From assembly GCA_044892525.1 (NCBI GenBank), contig CM097885.1, positions 155,124,001 through 155,188,000 on the forward strand: DNA of 64,000 nucleotides, written 5' to 3'. The notes below the pieces were generated by a model. That model was not told the origin of the DNA. It was given only the letters and a program-made list of their open reading frames with translations, and did not search any database. Source of the DNA: Schmidtea polychroa (Eukaryota). Numbering within the stretch: position 1 is the stretch's first letter; the number at the start of each line of letters is the position of its first letter. The position numbers were made by a program, and so were the translations under genes. Below are positions 1 through 9,349 of this stretch, piece by piece.

Positions 1-289
1 AAAGTTCAATTTTAATGAAATAAATTTAAAGTCACCCTTACTGCTTTAGTAAGTAATACCCTAAAAATGGGTAATTTACATTTTATAAATTAAATTTAAA
101 GTTCAATTTTAATGAAATAAATTTAAAGTCACCCTTACTGCTTTAGTAAGTAATACCCTAAAAATGGGTAATTTACATTTTATAAATTAAATTTAAAGTT
201 CGATTTTAATGGAATAAATTTAAAGTCACCCTTACTGATTTAGTAATTAATACCATAAAAATGGGTAATTTACGTTTTATAAATTAAAG
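1..289. repeat. 97-bp tandem repeat, ~3 copies, truncated at window start
   Basis: AAAGTTC(A/G)ATTTTAATG recurs at 1, 98 and 195 with near-identical units. Confidence 0.9.
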
Positions 290-340
290 CTAACATTATT
301 CATTTTAGAATCCGTTGTTTAAGTTAATTAAAATTTTAAT

Positions 341-375
341 TTGTTAATTGATAGTATTAGTAATGATAATAATAA

Positions 376-407
<32 letters not shown>

Positions 408-548
408 AATTAATAGCATTAGTAATGATAATAATGATGGTAATGATAATCGTAATGATAATAACAATAACAATTTTTAATAATAATGATTATAGTAATA
501 GAGATAGTAATAATAGTGATACTTTACCAATAATAATAATGATAATAC

Positions 549-587
<39 letters not shown>

Positions 588-650
588 GAATAATCATAAT
601 CGTAACACCAAAGACAATACAACAGCAATGTTAATAATGGCAATAACGAT
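341..650. repeat. (AAT)n-rich low-complexity tract
   Basis: Long AAT/TAA runs; they explain the poly-N/poly-I ORF at 341..634. Confidence 0.85.
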
Positions 651-699
651 AAGGTTAATCCTGATAAAAAGTGTAAGTTTTATGCAGTGGGTAATAGAT

Positions 700-1240
700 G
701 TATAATCCAGGGGGGTGTTCATGAAATTATTAGTTTACCATTTTAAAGACTAAGTATATATTGAATAGGTTACTTTCAGATATTAGTATAATAGATAATG
801 AAGGTAGGATTCAGGGGGGGATGTTTATGAATATTTATAAATTAGTGATTCCATATTACATAAGCTAAATATATATAAAAATAAGTGAACTTAGGACAAT
901 TAGGTAAATATATAATTTAGGGGCTAATTATGTAGATTTATAAATTATCATTTTAACATTTTGTAAGTTGAATATATATCAAAATAAATTAGGATATCTA
1001 GGTATTGGACGATAGATATATAATTCAGAGGATCATCTATGAAAATTTATAAACTATCATTTTTATATTTTATAAGTTAAATATATATACCCAAATAAGT
1101 TAGGATCTTTCTATATGAAAATTTATAAACTGTCATTTTAATATTTCATAAGTTAAATATATACATCAGAATAAGTTAGGATATTGATGAATAAATATAT
1201 AGTTCAAAGAACCATTTATGAAACTAGGTAAGTTATACAT
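700..1240. repeat. Degenerate ~100-120-bp tandem repeat inside family I element
   Basis: Recurrent (T/C)AGGGG...TTTATGAA...TTATAAA...TAAGTT...TATATA units; the same unit type is at 6312-7728. Confidence 0.6.
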
Positions 1241-1639
1241 ATTCCAGTGGGGTTATAACCATGAACTGGTGGTTTGACGACTTTGTGACATTGGCAAGAA
1301 AGATTACCTTTTCTTTAAGTTTAATATACCGCTATATGCAATTACATACTGATGGTAATGACACACTCTCTATGAAGACAACGAGAAAAGGGTGTTGAGG
1401 ATAATGATAATAATCCTGGAGGTGATAGTACTATTAAGGCAAAATAGAATTCTTAAGGATTTCAATACCCGTAAGGTAAGTATAAAGACTTGTAATTAAT
1501 ACATCATTGAACGTGATTAGATTATCTTTAAAATCGAACATAATTATGAATAATATCAATAAAATCTAATAACAATAGTTAATATTGAGCATATTGAATA
1601 ATAGTTTGTGCAATTAGCCGACTACTTGATAACTTTTGT

Positions 1640-2000
1640 GATAAATTGAGTCTGGGATCTTTCCCGTTTAGCTGTTCCTAATGATGTATTTCCTATAGAA
1701 TATTTGAGTGTGTAATTTAGATGTGTCGTTTACCGGAAGGTCGAATTAATTAAAATTTTCCTACTTTCCCGATTCAACTGAATACGGTACGATAGGCCTT
1801 ATTGTAATATGTTTCCCGCGATTACTTACCCGCATTTTATTTCGTCCGCATAGTCCCTGTGACTATGTTTACTACCTGGATGGATTTACCGCCCTACTCC
1901 TGGTTAAAAACCATTTGTTCGTGGCGACCTTCCGGTTAAAAAATTGAAATTTAGTGCATGTGAGGTCGTAGACCCGTATAGTGCATGTGAAATAATTAGT
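1640..2000 (-). ncRNA. Conserved structured block A (putative cis-acting RNA), copy 1
   Basis: Direct repeat of 15920-16280. Stem CATAGTC/GACTATG (1849-1867) is invariant with a variable loop; a compensatory T-A to C-G change is seen in CCGATT..AAT(A)CGG (1769-1787). Strand inferred from the upstream TATA box. Confidence 0.5.
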
Positions 2001-2108
2001 GGGAGCAAGGCTGATCAGCGTCGTGGATGCCATCCGTTTACGACGACGCTGGTCACTCTTGTTCAGTAATAGTAAAAAAATCAACAAGATAAAAAATATA
2101 ATAAACAT
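1872..2108 (-). CDS. Small ORF: hydrophobic N-terminus followed by RRRKR (putative membrane peptide)
   Basis: MFIIFFILLIFLLLLNKSDQRRRKR from ATG at 2108, just downstream of the family I TATA box; may be non-coding. Confidence 0.25.
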   Translation of the reverse strand: MFIIFFILLIFLLLLNKSDQRRRKRMASTTLISLAPTNYFTCTIRVYDLTCTKFQFFNRKVATNKWFLTRSRAVNPSR

Positions 2109-2216
2109 AATAATAATGCAAAACAAATAAAAATGAAATTAATCAACAGTCCTTACTTTCAGTGTTGTCCAAAATTTCGGTAAAAAAAATTTTTGGCATA
2201 CAAGAATATCTGAATT

Positions 2217-2263
2217 GTGACGAAAATGCGTCGGTATATATACCTATTTTGTACACGTGTATG
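2217..2263 (-). promoter_or_regulatory. Putative Pol II promoter of family I element
   Basis: Minus strand ACACGTG..GGTATATATA..TTTTCGTCAC, homologous to 17224-17270 (ACACGTC..CTATATAAA..TTTCGTCAC). Confidence 0.5.
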
Positions 2264-2863
2264 TATTGATGCATTAAAACAAACTCGAATTCTTTTTATT
2301 CCAGAACTTTCTATTTTGTAATTTTGATATTTTTAATGGCGATTTTTGCGTCATAATTTTTATTTTTATTTTTAAAATTTTATTTCCTAAATATTTTTTG
2401 CTAATTTTTCCTCCATGATGGATTTGGAACGGTTCCAGAACATTCCATATTACTTTTAATTCAATTTTTATTTTTAACTGATATTCTACGAATTTCTTTT
2501 TAAGAAATTTTATTTTTAATACTAATTTATTTATTTTCTACATTTTATTGTTTAAGGTAGCTTTTATGATGGTCATCGCCATTTTTATGGAATGTTCTGG
2601 GTTTTTCGGGAATTTTTTGCTATTTTTACCATCTTTTAAGTTATTCGAGTTTGTTTTTTGTAACTCTGTGTTTATTTGGCTATTTTGAGTTAGATTTTGC
2701 ATAACTTCTTGTTTTTGTATAATTTTATTTAATTTCTGTGTTTTAGGTTTTGTTGTTTTCTCCTTTAATTACTATTGGTTATTTGGTGTAGTTTTTAATA
2801 TTTAACTATACTTTTTGCTTTTTACATGTTGTGTACCTACGCATTTCAGTCACAATTAGAAGT

Positions 2864-2893
2864 TTGGGTCTAGAAATCAGTTCTAGCCCAACA
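2864..2893. repeat. Terminal hairpin of family I element
   Basis: TTGGGTCTAGAA-ATCAG-TTCTAGCCCAACA, near-identical to 17315-17344. Confidence 0.7.
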
Positions 2894-4849
2894 AAAGTAA
2901 CGAGAAACGTGGAGTTGAACTACTCCATGTCATGGTGTGAGGTGCCTTCGGGAGCTCAGCCGGTGGACATGGAGTTTTTCAATCACGCAGCTAGATTGGG
3001 CCGAAATGTGAAGGCTTCTTCACGGGTCCAATTGCTGAAGGTGCGACTAAATTATCACAATGGGATATTGTTCAAGGAATAACAGGCAGACAATGATTTC
3101 ACAGAGATGGCCGTATGAACGGAGGGATTTTCGAGAATTCGCACAGTGATTGAGGGCGTCGCATTATTCTTTCATCAAGTCGTTTTCGTAAAGCTTACGC
3201 CTATCGAAAATTGAAATCCAGACAATGATTTAGTAAATTTCGTCAAAGGTAACGTCATCTCATAGTGCACTTCATCTGGAAACATGGTTTTATCAAATTG
3301 ATTATTACAACGTCTATTTTCCGAACTCAGTAAAACTAATTTCGTATGAAATTCCGTTATCACACATCCAATGTCCTTTAGTCTGTCCAGATTGCAAGTC
3401 ATGTTCCAAAAGTTTTCTAAAACTGTAACTATCTCAAAACTATAAAATGTAAGAGTCTACGAAAATCCTTCTAATATTATACTCCAAAATTATTATAAAA
3501 ATTTAATCATTTATAAACAGATAAAATACCAAAATTCCATCTAATAATATTTATTGTTACAAATGAGAACTAGGCTTTCACTTTGTCTACCCGAATTATT
3601 GAACGTATAACACTTGAGGGAAAGTTGCGAATGGCTAAGAGCAGGTTCCATCGAAGCGATATTTATTTTCGAAAACAACAACTCGACATCACGTCCGTAC
3701 AGCATATTGAATACATCGAGATAGGATCAAAATTGCAAGAAGCATAGTAGCCTGCCAAACGAATAAATTCCAACAGTATAATAAGAGAGCTGAACGTTAG
3801 AAAATTTCTTGTCGTTGGCTTCCATCGATCGTTTAGATAGTCAGAAAAAACCCCAGTAATAATGACGAAAACGAGAGAATCCATGATGAGAGATCACCGT
3901 AGCATAGATCAACGATTTTCTGAGACTAGTCATACGGTGAGAGTAGATTATGTGAGTAACCGGTTAGCGATAAAAAACATATTGAATAAGATAACCTCAC
4001 GGAATTTGCAGTGAAACGATCAGCAGCACGTTGACAGAGTAGGATACACGCGACAGATAGACATGCATGTCATGTAACCGACATTGAGAATACACACACG
4101 AGGAAGATAAGGATCTTCAACCAAAATACCGATTCTGCCATCTGATATAACGACATGAATTTTTCACAAGTCAATAACAGACAAGTGGTAGTGAATTGGC
4201 AGTTGCCTCGAGAGAAATGAAATCCATGTGTCCATTCCGCGCATGTTACTAAGATAGGAGTTGAGTAATATTGCAGTGCAAACTGATTAGATAATCCATA
4301 GTCGATATTTTAAGGCGTAAAAAATTCACCAAGCTCATGTACAGAATAATTCACTAATTAATCATCTCGAATGCTTAAAGTAACATAAGATTTAGGTGCA
4401 AAAATTCCCTCTAGAAATGGTAGCCATCGAGCGTAATAAATGATTTACCATTTTTAAAATGAATTATGATAACGGGGGGTAATAACATTCCTATTCAAGA
4501 TCGTTCTAATATTACGATTTCCTGATTGTATTAAATGGTATAAATTATATCGACCAACCGGTATCAGAAATGACAAGAAGATGGTTAGGATTTGTAAAGG
4601 TACCCATGAACCTGTATTAATCGAATTGCATTCGTCAAATCAGTATAGTTTGGTTGAGTAAAAATTTTTATCCGTCAAACTAGTATTATTTAATTGAATC
4701 AAGTAATTTTGTAAATAATTTAAATCGACGTGTAAGGAGATTCATTTTTGTTTATCGGCCGAATATCCACGAGCAGTCGATTATTCGTATTCCACGTATT
4801 TCTTCAACCATACATATATTACGTCTTAACCTTATTCTTTATAGCGAGC

Positions 4850-5599
4850 ATGATACCAGCTACCAAACCCGCGTTACGTCCGTGCTTCTCTTGCGCGGAT
4901 AAAAACGTCATTATCAAAGATCTGCAAACCCAGATTGGACGTTACAAAAGGAAGATAGACGAGCTGGAAGGGACATGGTTTAGTCCCGCTCGGATGAAGG
5001 AGACCCAGAAGAAGCTCTACCGGAGCGAGCACTGTCGAGATGCTTTGATCGCTGAAAGTCGCTCCCAGAGGAGCTTGATCAAGGAGCAGTCCGAAGCACT
5101 GCATAAAGTTTATCTGCAAGCAACTACCACCCGGAAGATAGTAAAAATCCCGATCAAAGACGCCGACGAACTCTTTCCGGCGCACCATGATATTTCGTCA
5201 AAATTGTCGTCTCCTGCCAAGAAGTCCTGCAAGGAATGCGTAGAGACCCAGCTCTCACCCAAACAGCCAGATATCATTTTCATGGGTACAAGTCAGGTAT
5301 CCCTGGTGCTCGCCTCTACGTCTAAGGCGATTCCGACCAACACAGCAACATCCAAACCGAAACGTCGGCAAATGTCTAGGGCTGAACGAAAAAGAAAACA
5401 ACGAGAACGGATGGTTGCCAAGTCCAATATACCCCTATCGAACCTCGTAGATGTAGTCAACGTTCCTTCGGTAACAGTAGTCCCCACATCTGAAGTGACT
5501 GGGCGAATTATCTCTGCCGCCGGAATCACTTGGGAAGAGAACGCTTCCGAGTTTTTCGACCTCGAAGAGCTGTTAGCCGCCACTGAGTGGGAGAAATGA
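4850..5599 (+). CDS. ORF-X copy 1: unknown ~249-aa protein (CxxC, coiled coil, CxxC, basic NLS-like tract, acidic-hydrophobic C-terminus)
   Basis: First ATG at 4850 within ORF 4748..5599. About three-quarters identical by eye to 8292..9059 over the N-terminal ~150 aa, with many synonymous differences. Confidence 0.75.
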   Translation: MIPATKPALRPCFSCADKNVIIKDLQTQIGRYKRKIDELEGTWFSPARMKETQKKLYRSEHCRDALIAESRSQRSLIKEQSEALHKVYLQATTTRKIVKIPIKDADELFPAHHDISSKLSSPAKKSCKECVETQLSPKQPDIIFMGTSQVSLVLASTSKAIPTNTATSKPKRRQMSRAERKRKQRERMVAKSNIPLSNLVDVVNVPSVTVVPTSEVTGRIISAAGITWEENASEFFDLEELLAATEWEK

Positions 5600-5899
5600 G
5601 AATACCTTGTGGGATAATTCTGCCGATGGCGAAATCAACGAACTAAAATCATGGTGTTGTGTTTTTCTCATCTGGTCATCTTATGCTGTATACACTTTAC
5701 GGATATTGTATAGATATGATATTGCTACAAATAAATCTTTGCGTCTTGGTACCAGTTCGTTTTATAAACGGTATTAGTATGACAATAATAACGAGAGTAG
5801 GAAGTTTTTTTTTTGTTTTGTTTTGTTTTTTCGAGATTTCAGTAGAATTAGCTAGTCGAATCCCAACCAAAGATAAACAGTGAATTTTTAACTTGGATG

Positions 5900-6140
5900 G
5901 ACGTAAGACCTTCTATCGGCAGTCGAGGATGGTAAGTCGAGGCCTCAGTAAGGAGTAGTTCTAAGGCAGGGGCTCACCTGCTTACTGGCGTCTCGCCGGC
6001 ATGGTACAGTACCAACGTGAGGTGTCTCACGGGTATCATGTTGGAGGGAAGGTTATGCGGGGCTCTGCTCAGGGTTGACACCGTGGTGACCAAAATAATC
6101 GTACTGGACATTCATCTCCTAGACTAGAAATTGGAATTGT
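5900..6140 (+). other. Conserved block D downstream of ORF-X
   Basis: CGTAAG..TTCTATCG(G/A)CAG, AAG(G/A)AGTAGT and CAGT(A/T)CCAAC shared with 7780-8010 (rc) and 18905-19080. Confidence 0.6.
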
Positions 6141-6311
6141 GAGTGGTNNNNNNNNNNNNNNNNNNNNNNNNNNNNNNNNNNNNNNNNNNNNNNNNNNNNN
6201 NNNNNNNNNNNNNNNNNNNNNNNNNNNNNNNNNNNNNNNNNNNNNNNNNNNNNNNNNNNNNNNNNNNNNNNNNNNNNNNNNNNNNNNNNNNNNNNNNNNN
6301 NNNNNNNNNNN

Positions 6312-7728
6312 GGGAAAGTTATTTATGGAAAAATTATAAATTATAGTTTTATAAATTTGGTATCTGTACATATATAAGTTAATTTATTACTATAAATATT
6401 GTTTTCGACTATTCGGTAACTTAGGGGGGTAGTTAGGGAAAATTTAATAATTTATAATTTTATGGATTTATTTTCAATTTATAAGTAATTTAAATCAGCA
6501 CTCTTAAAATTAATTTGAGCTATCATACTACTTAAGGGAGGCACCTATGAAAAAAAGTAAATTATACTTTTATAAGTTTAATATGCTTATATATGCTTTA
6601 TATTATTAACATAAGCCCCTTTTGATTATGATATAACTTAGGGGGATACTAATGAAAGATTACAAATTATACTTTTATAAGTTCAAATTATGCAATTATA
6701 GTTTAGAATATTACTTTGAACATGTGTTTTGGCTATTTAGGAAAATTTTAGAAATTATAGTTTTATGAGTTTATTATACATGTATGTATTTTAGATTAGT
6801 ATTTTTAACATTGATTTTGACCAGAGGTGGGGAACCTGCGGCCTTTTGGCTATTCTAGTGCGGCCTTTTGAGTAATACCGATTTTTTTATTTTTTGGTAA
6901 TTTTTTGTGTGGTTTCACTTTACGCGATCGAGAAAAAATGTTTATGATGCATATGAAAGGTTTACCGATTTTGAAAAAAATGAAACAGCAATGAAATTGG
7001 CGTTTCAGCCTCACCTAGTTGAAATCAACGAGGCACCTATAGATCTACAGATGGAATTAATTGAACTCTCTGTTGATGATTTTTTAAAATCATTGTTTAA
7101 TACTAAAAAAAACCCAATTGAAATTTGGAAAACTGCTTTAGAATATCCACGTCTTCGACAACATGCCAGAAAAATGCTTTCTTGCTTCTCAACAACTTAC
7201 TGCTGTGAATCATCATTTTCTTATTAAACGCAAATAAAGTCCAAATTACGAACTCAAATAACTGATCAACATTTAGAAGACCAACTGATACTGCGAACGT
7301 CTATGCTTGAACCGAATATTCAAATGCTTTCTAACAAAAAGCAGAAGCAAATAAGCCATTAAAAGTTGATAAATTGAAACATTAACAAATATTTTTAATG
7401 ATGTACAATGTATATATGTATTATGTTTTATGTATGTATAACATTTTTTTAACAATATACAATATAATAAATTAGATTTGTAAATATATATTTTTTTCAT
7501 AAAAGATTATTTTAAATTGCGTTTTGGCTAATTTATAATGTGAATTAAAATAAACAGTTTATAGGGGGGGGGGGGGGTTAACGTTTTATTTACTGCGGGC
7601 TTATGTTAAATCAGATAAGTGAAAGTGGCCTTTTGAAATGAAAAGGTTCCCCAGCCTTGATTTTGACTATTATACAACTTGAAGGGAAAAAAATAAAAAT
7701 TTTCTTAGAAAATTAAAATACATACTTA
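6312..7728. repeat. Degenerate tandem repeat of the family I type, interrupted by a hAT MITE
   Basis: TTAGGGGG...TATGAAA...AATTATA..TTTTATAAGTT units similar to 700-1240. Confidence 0.55.
6822..7659 (+). mobile_element. Non-autonomous hAT (Charlie/SPIN-type) element with transposase C-terminal fragment
   Basis: TIRs CAGAGGTGGGGAACCT / AGGTTCCCCAGCCTTG; perfect 8-bp TSD ATTTTGAC (6814-6821, 7660-7667); hATC-like motif STTYCCESSFS followed by an in-frame stop. Confidence 0.9.
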
Positions 7729-8291
7729 TGTTGCGGGTATCTACTCGGACGACCCCCTTTTAGTACAGCTTTTAGTCTAGAGGATGAATGCCCACATCGA
7801 TTACGCTCGTCCTTATTTTTGTCATCGCCGAGCAGGACCCGTACATAACCTACACTCCAACATAGCACCCGTGAATCGCTTCACGTTGGAACTGTGCTAT
7901 GCCGGCGAGACGCCAGTAAGCAGGTGAGCCACCTCCTTCGGACTACTCCTTACTGAGGCCTCGACTTCCTAACCCTGACTGCCGATAGAAGGACTTACGT
8001 CTAATCATTCCGTCGCCCCATCGCAATGTTTCTAGTTGGGATTGCCAACTGACTGATGCTCCTCGTTTTCTGCGACTCTCAATGCTATTCACCAATTTCA
8101 TATCAACTGTCTTAAGATAAAACAAAACACGTATGCAGACGAAAATGGTTTATTGTTAGAATTATTATACAAATATATCGAAAACTTATACAACAAAATT
8201 CACAAGAACAGGAAAAAACACAAGGATAGAAAATGATATCAGAAGATGTTCAGGTCTCTCTAGAGGATGAGGCCATTTTACGGGGAAGTTC

Positions 8292-9059
8292 TCATTTTCC
8301 CCACTCCGAGTCGGCGAGTAACTCGTCTAAATCAAAAAATTCGGCGGCGTTTTCTTCCCATGTCACCCCGGCGGCGGAGATGACTCGCCCTGAGATTCCG
8401 GTGGTTAGATCGACTACGGTTGGGTTGCTGTCGCTGTCGACTGGAGTGACGGTCGATGGTATAATCTGTTTGATGGAAGCCCGCTCTCGTTGCTTTCGTT
8501 TACGTTCGGCGCGTGACAGCTGCCGACGTTTAGGTTTTGAAGCTGCTGGTGTTTGCACGGTTGATGAAGATGCGATGTTTGACTTGCTAGTCCCGGTAAA
8601 TACAATATCTGGACCTCTGGGAGAAAGCTCGGTCTCCACGCACTCACGGCAAGACTTCCCGAATGGAGATGAAGACCCGACAGAGGTATCGTGGTGCGCT
8701 GGGAAAAGATTACTGGCTTCACTAATTGGGATCTTTGCGATTTTCCTAGTGGTTGCTGCTTGGACGTATAATTTATGCAGCGCCTCCGACTGCTCTTTTA
8801 TTAAGCTTCTCTGCGCCCGACTCTCGGAAATTAGCGCATCACGACAGTGCTCGCTTCGGTATAACCTCTTCTGAGTCTCTTTCATCTGAGTGGGACTAAA
8901 CCATGTCCCCTCTAACTCGTCTATCTTTCTTTTGTACTTTCCGATTTGGGCCTGCAGATCTCTGATGATTGAATTCTTGTCTGAACAAGAAAAGCAAGGT
9001 CTGAGAATGGTCTTGGAATTGGGTAACATCTTGGGTAGCTGTGAAGAAAAGATGGACAT
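8292..9059 (-). CDS. ORF-X copy 2 (255 aa)
   Basis: Open frame homologous to 4850..5599 (RPCFSC, GTWFSP, RSEHCRDALI, SRAERKRKQRER, WEENA.EFFDL.ELL). Confidence 0.8.
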   Translation of the reverse strand: MSIFSSQLPKMLPNSKTILRPCFSCSDKNSIIRDLQAQIGKYKRKIDELEGTWFSPTQMKETQKRLYRSEHCRDALISESRAQRSLIKEQSEALHKLYVQAATTRKIAKIPISEASNLFPAHHDTSVGSSSPFGKSCRECVETELSPRGPDIVFTGTSKSNIASSSTVQTPAASKPKRRQLSRAERKRKQRERASIKQIIPSTVTPVDSDSNPTVVDLTTGISGRVISAAGVTWEENAAEFFDLDELLADSEWGK

Positions 9060-9349
9060 GAAAAATAAATTAAATCAATTAGAAACGTCTTCATCTGGTC
9101 ACCTTTATACTTTACTGATCATAGATAGTTTCGCAGACAAAGTGGGTTTATTAGCCGAAGGAATTCCCCTACGTTATGGACTTGTTGTTCACCTTGGGTC
9201 ATTATTTATAAGAACATAAATCAGTCAAGCACGATTTTACACCAGGGAAGTAAGGTACTACTACTGATAAGAAAAATTCTAGGTCGAGGAAATTACGATT
9301 TGGTTAATTCACTTGAAGATAGCAAATAGCATTTGAAGAGAGTTGAATC

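Larger units (their letters stand above)
672..2893 (-). mobile_element. Family I TG...CA element (putative large solo LTR), copy 1
   Basis: AAAG|TGTAAG at 668-677 and CCCAACA|AAAG at 2887-2897 (candidate 4-bp TSD). Internal blocks (minisatellite, structured block A, TATA promoter, terminal hairpin) match 6312-7728 plus 15126-17344. The left end is less certain because AAAG is common. Confidence 0.55.
2900..6147 (+). mobile_element. Family II element (putative giant solo LTR), copy 1; right end runs into N-gap
   Basis: Collinear with the reverse complement of 7729-15121: hairpin C, the GTGATTGAGGG(C/T)GTCGCA block (3146 vs ~14054), ORF-X and block D. Confidence 0.7.

Noticed and set aside
1-289. 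Possible CRISPR-like array
   Set aside because: Head-to-tail 97-bp units with no unique spacers; eukaryotic context, no cas genes
341-634. 97-aa ORF rich in N, I and M
   Set aside because: Translation of an (AAT)n microsatellite
6069-6371. ORFs spanning N-gaps (also 12566-12797, 44186-44400, 45184-45567, 54429-54767)
   Set aside because: Open only because N codons are not read as stops
8233-8874. 213-aa antisense ORF over ORF-X (also 4874..5188, 5293..5583, 8414..8722, 8890..9219)
   Set aside because: Shadow frames of a GC-richer coding strand; not continuous in the other copy
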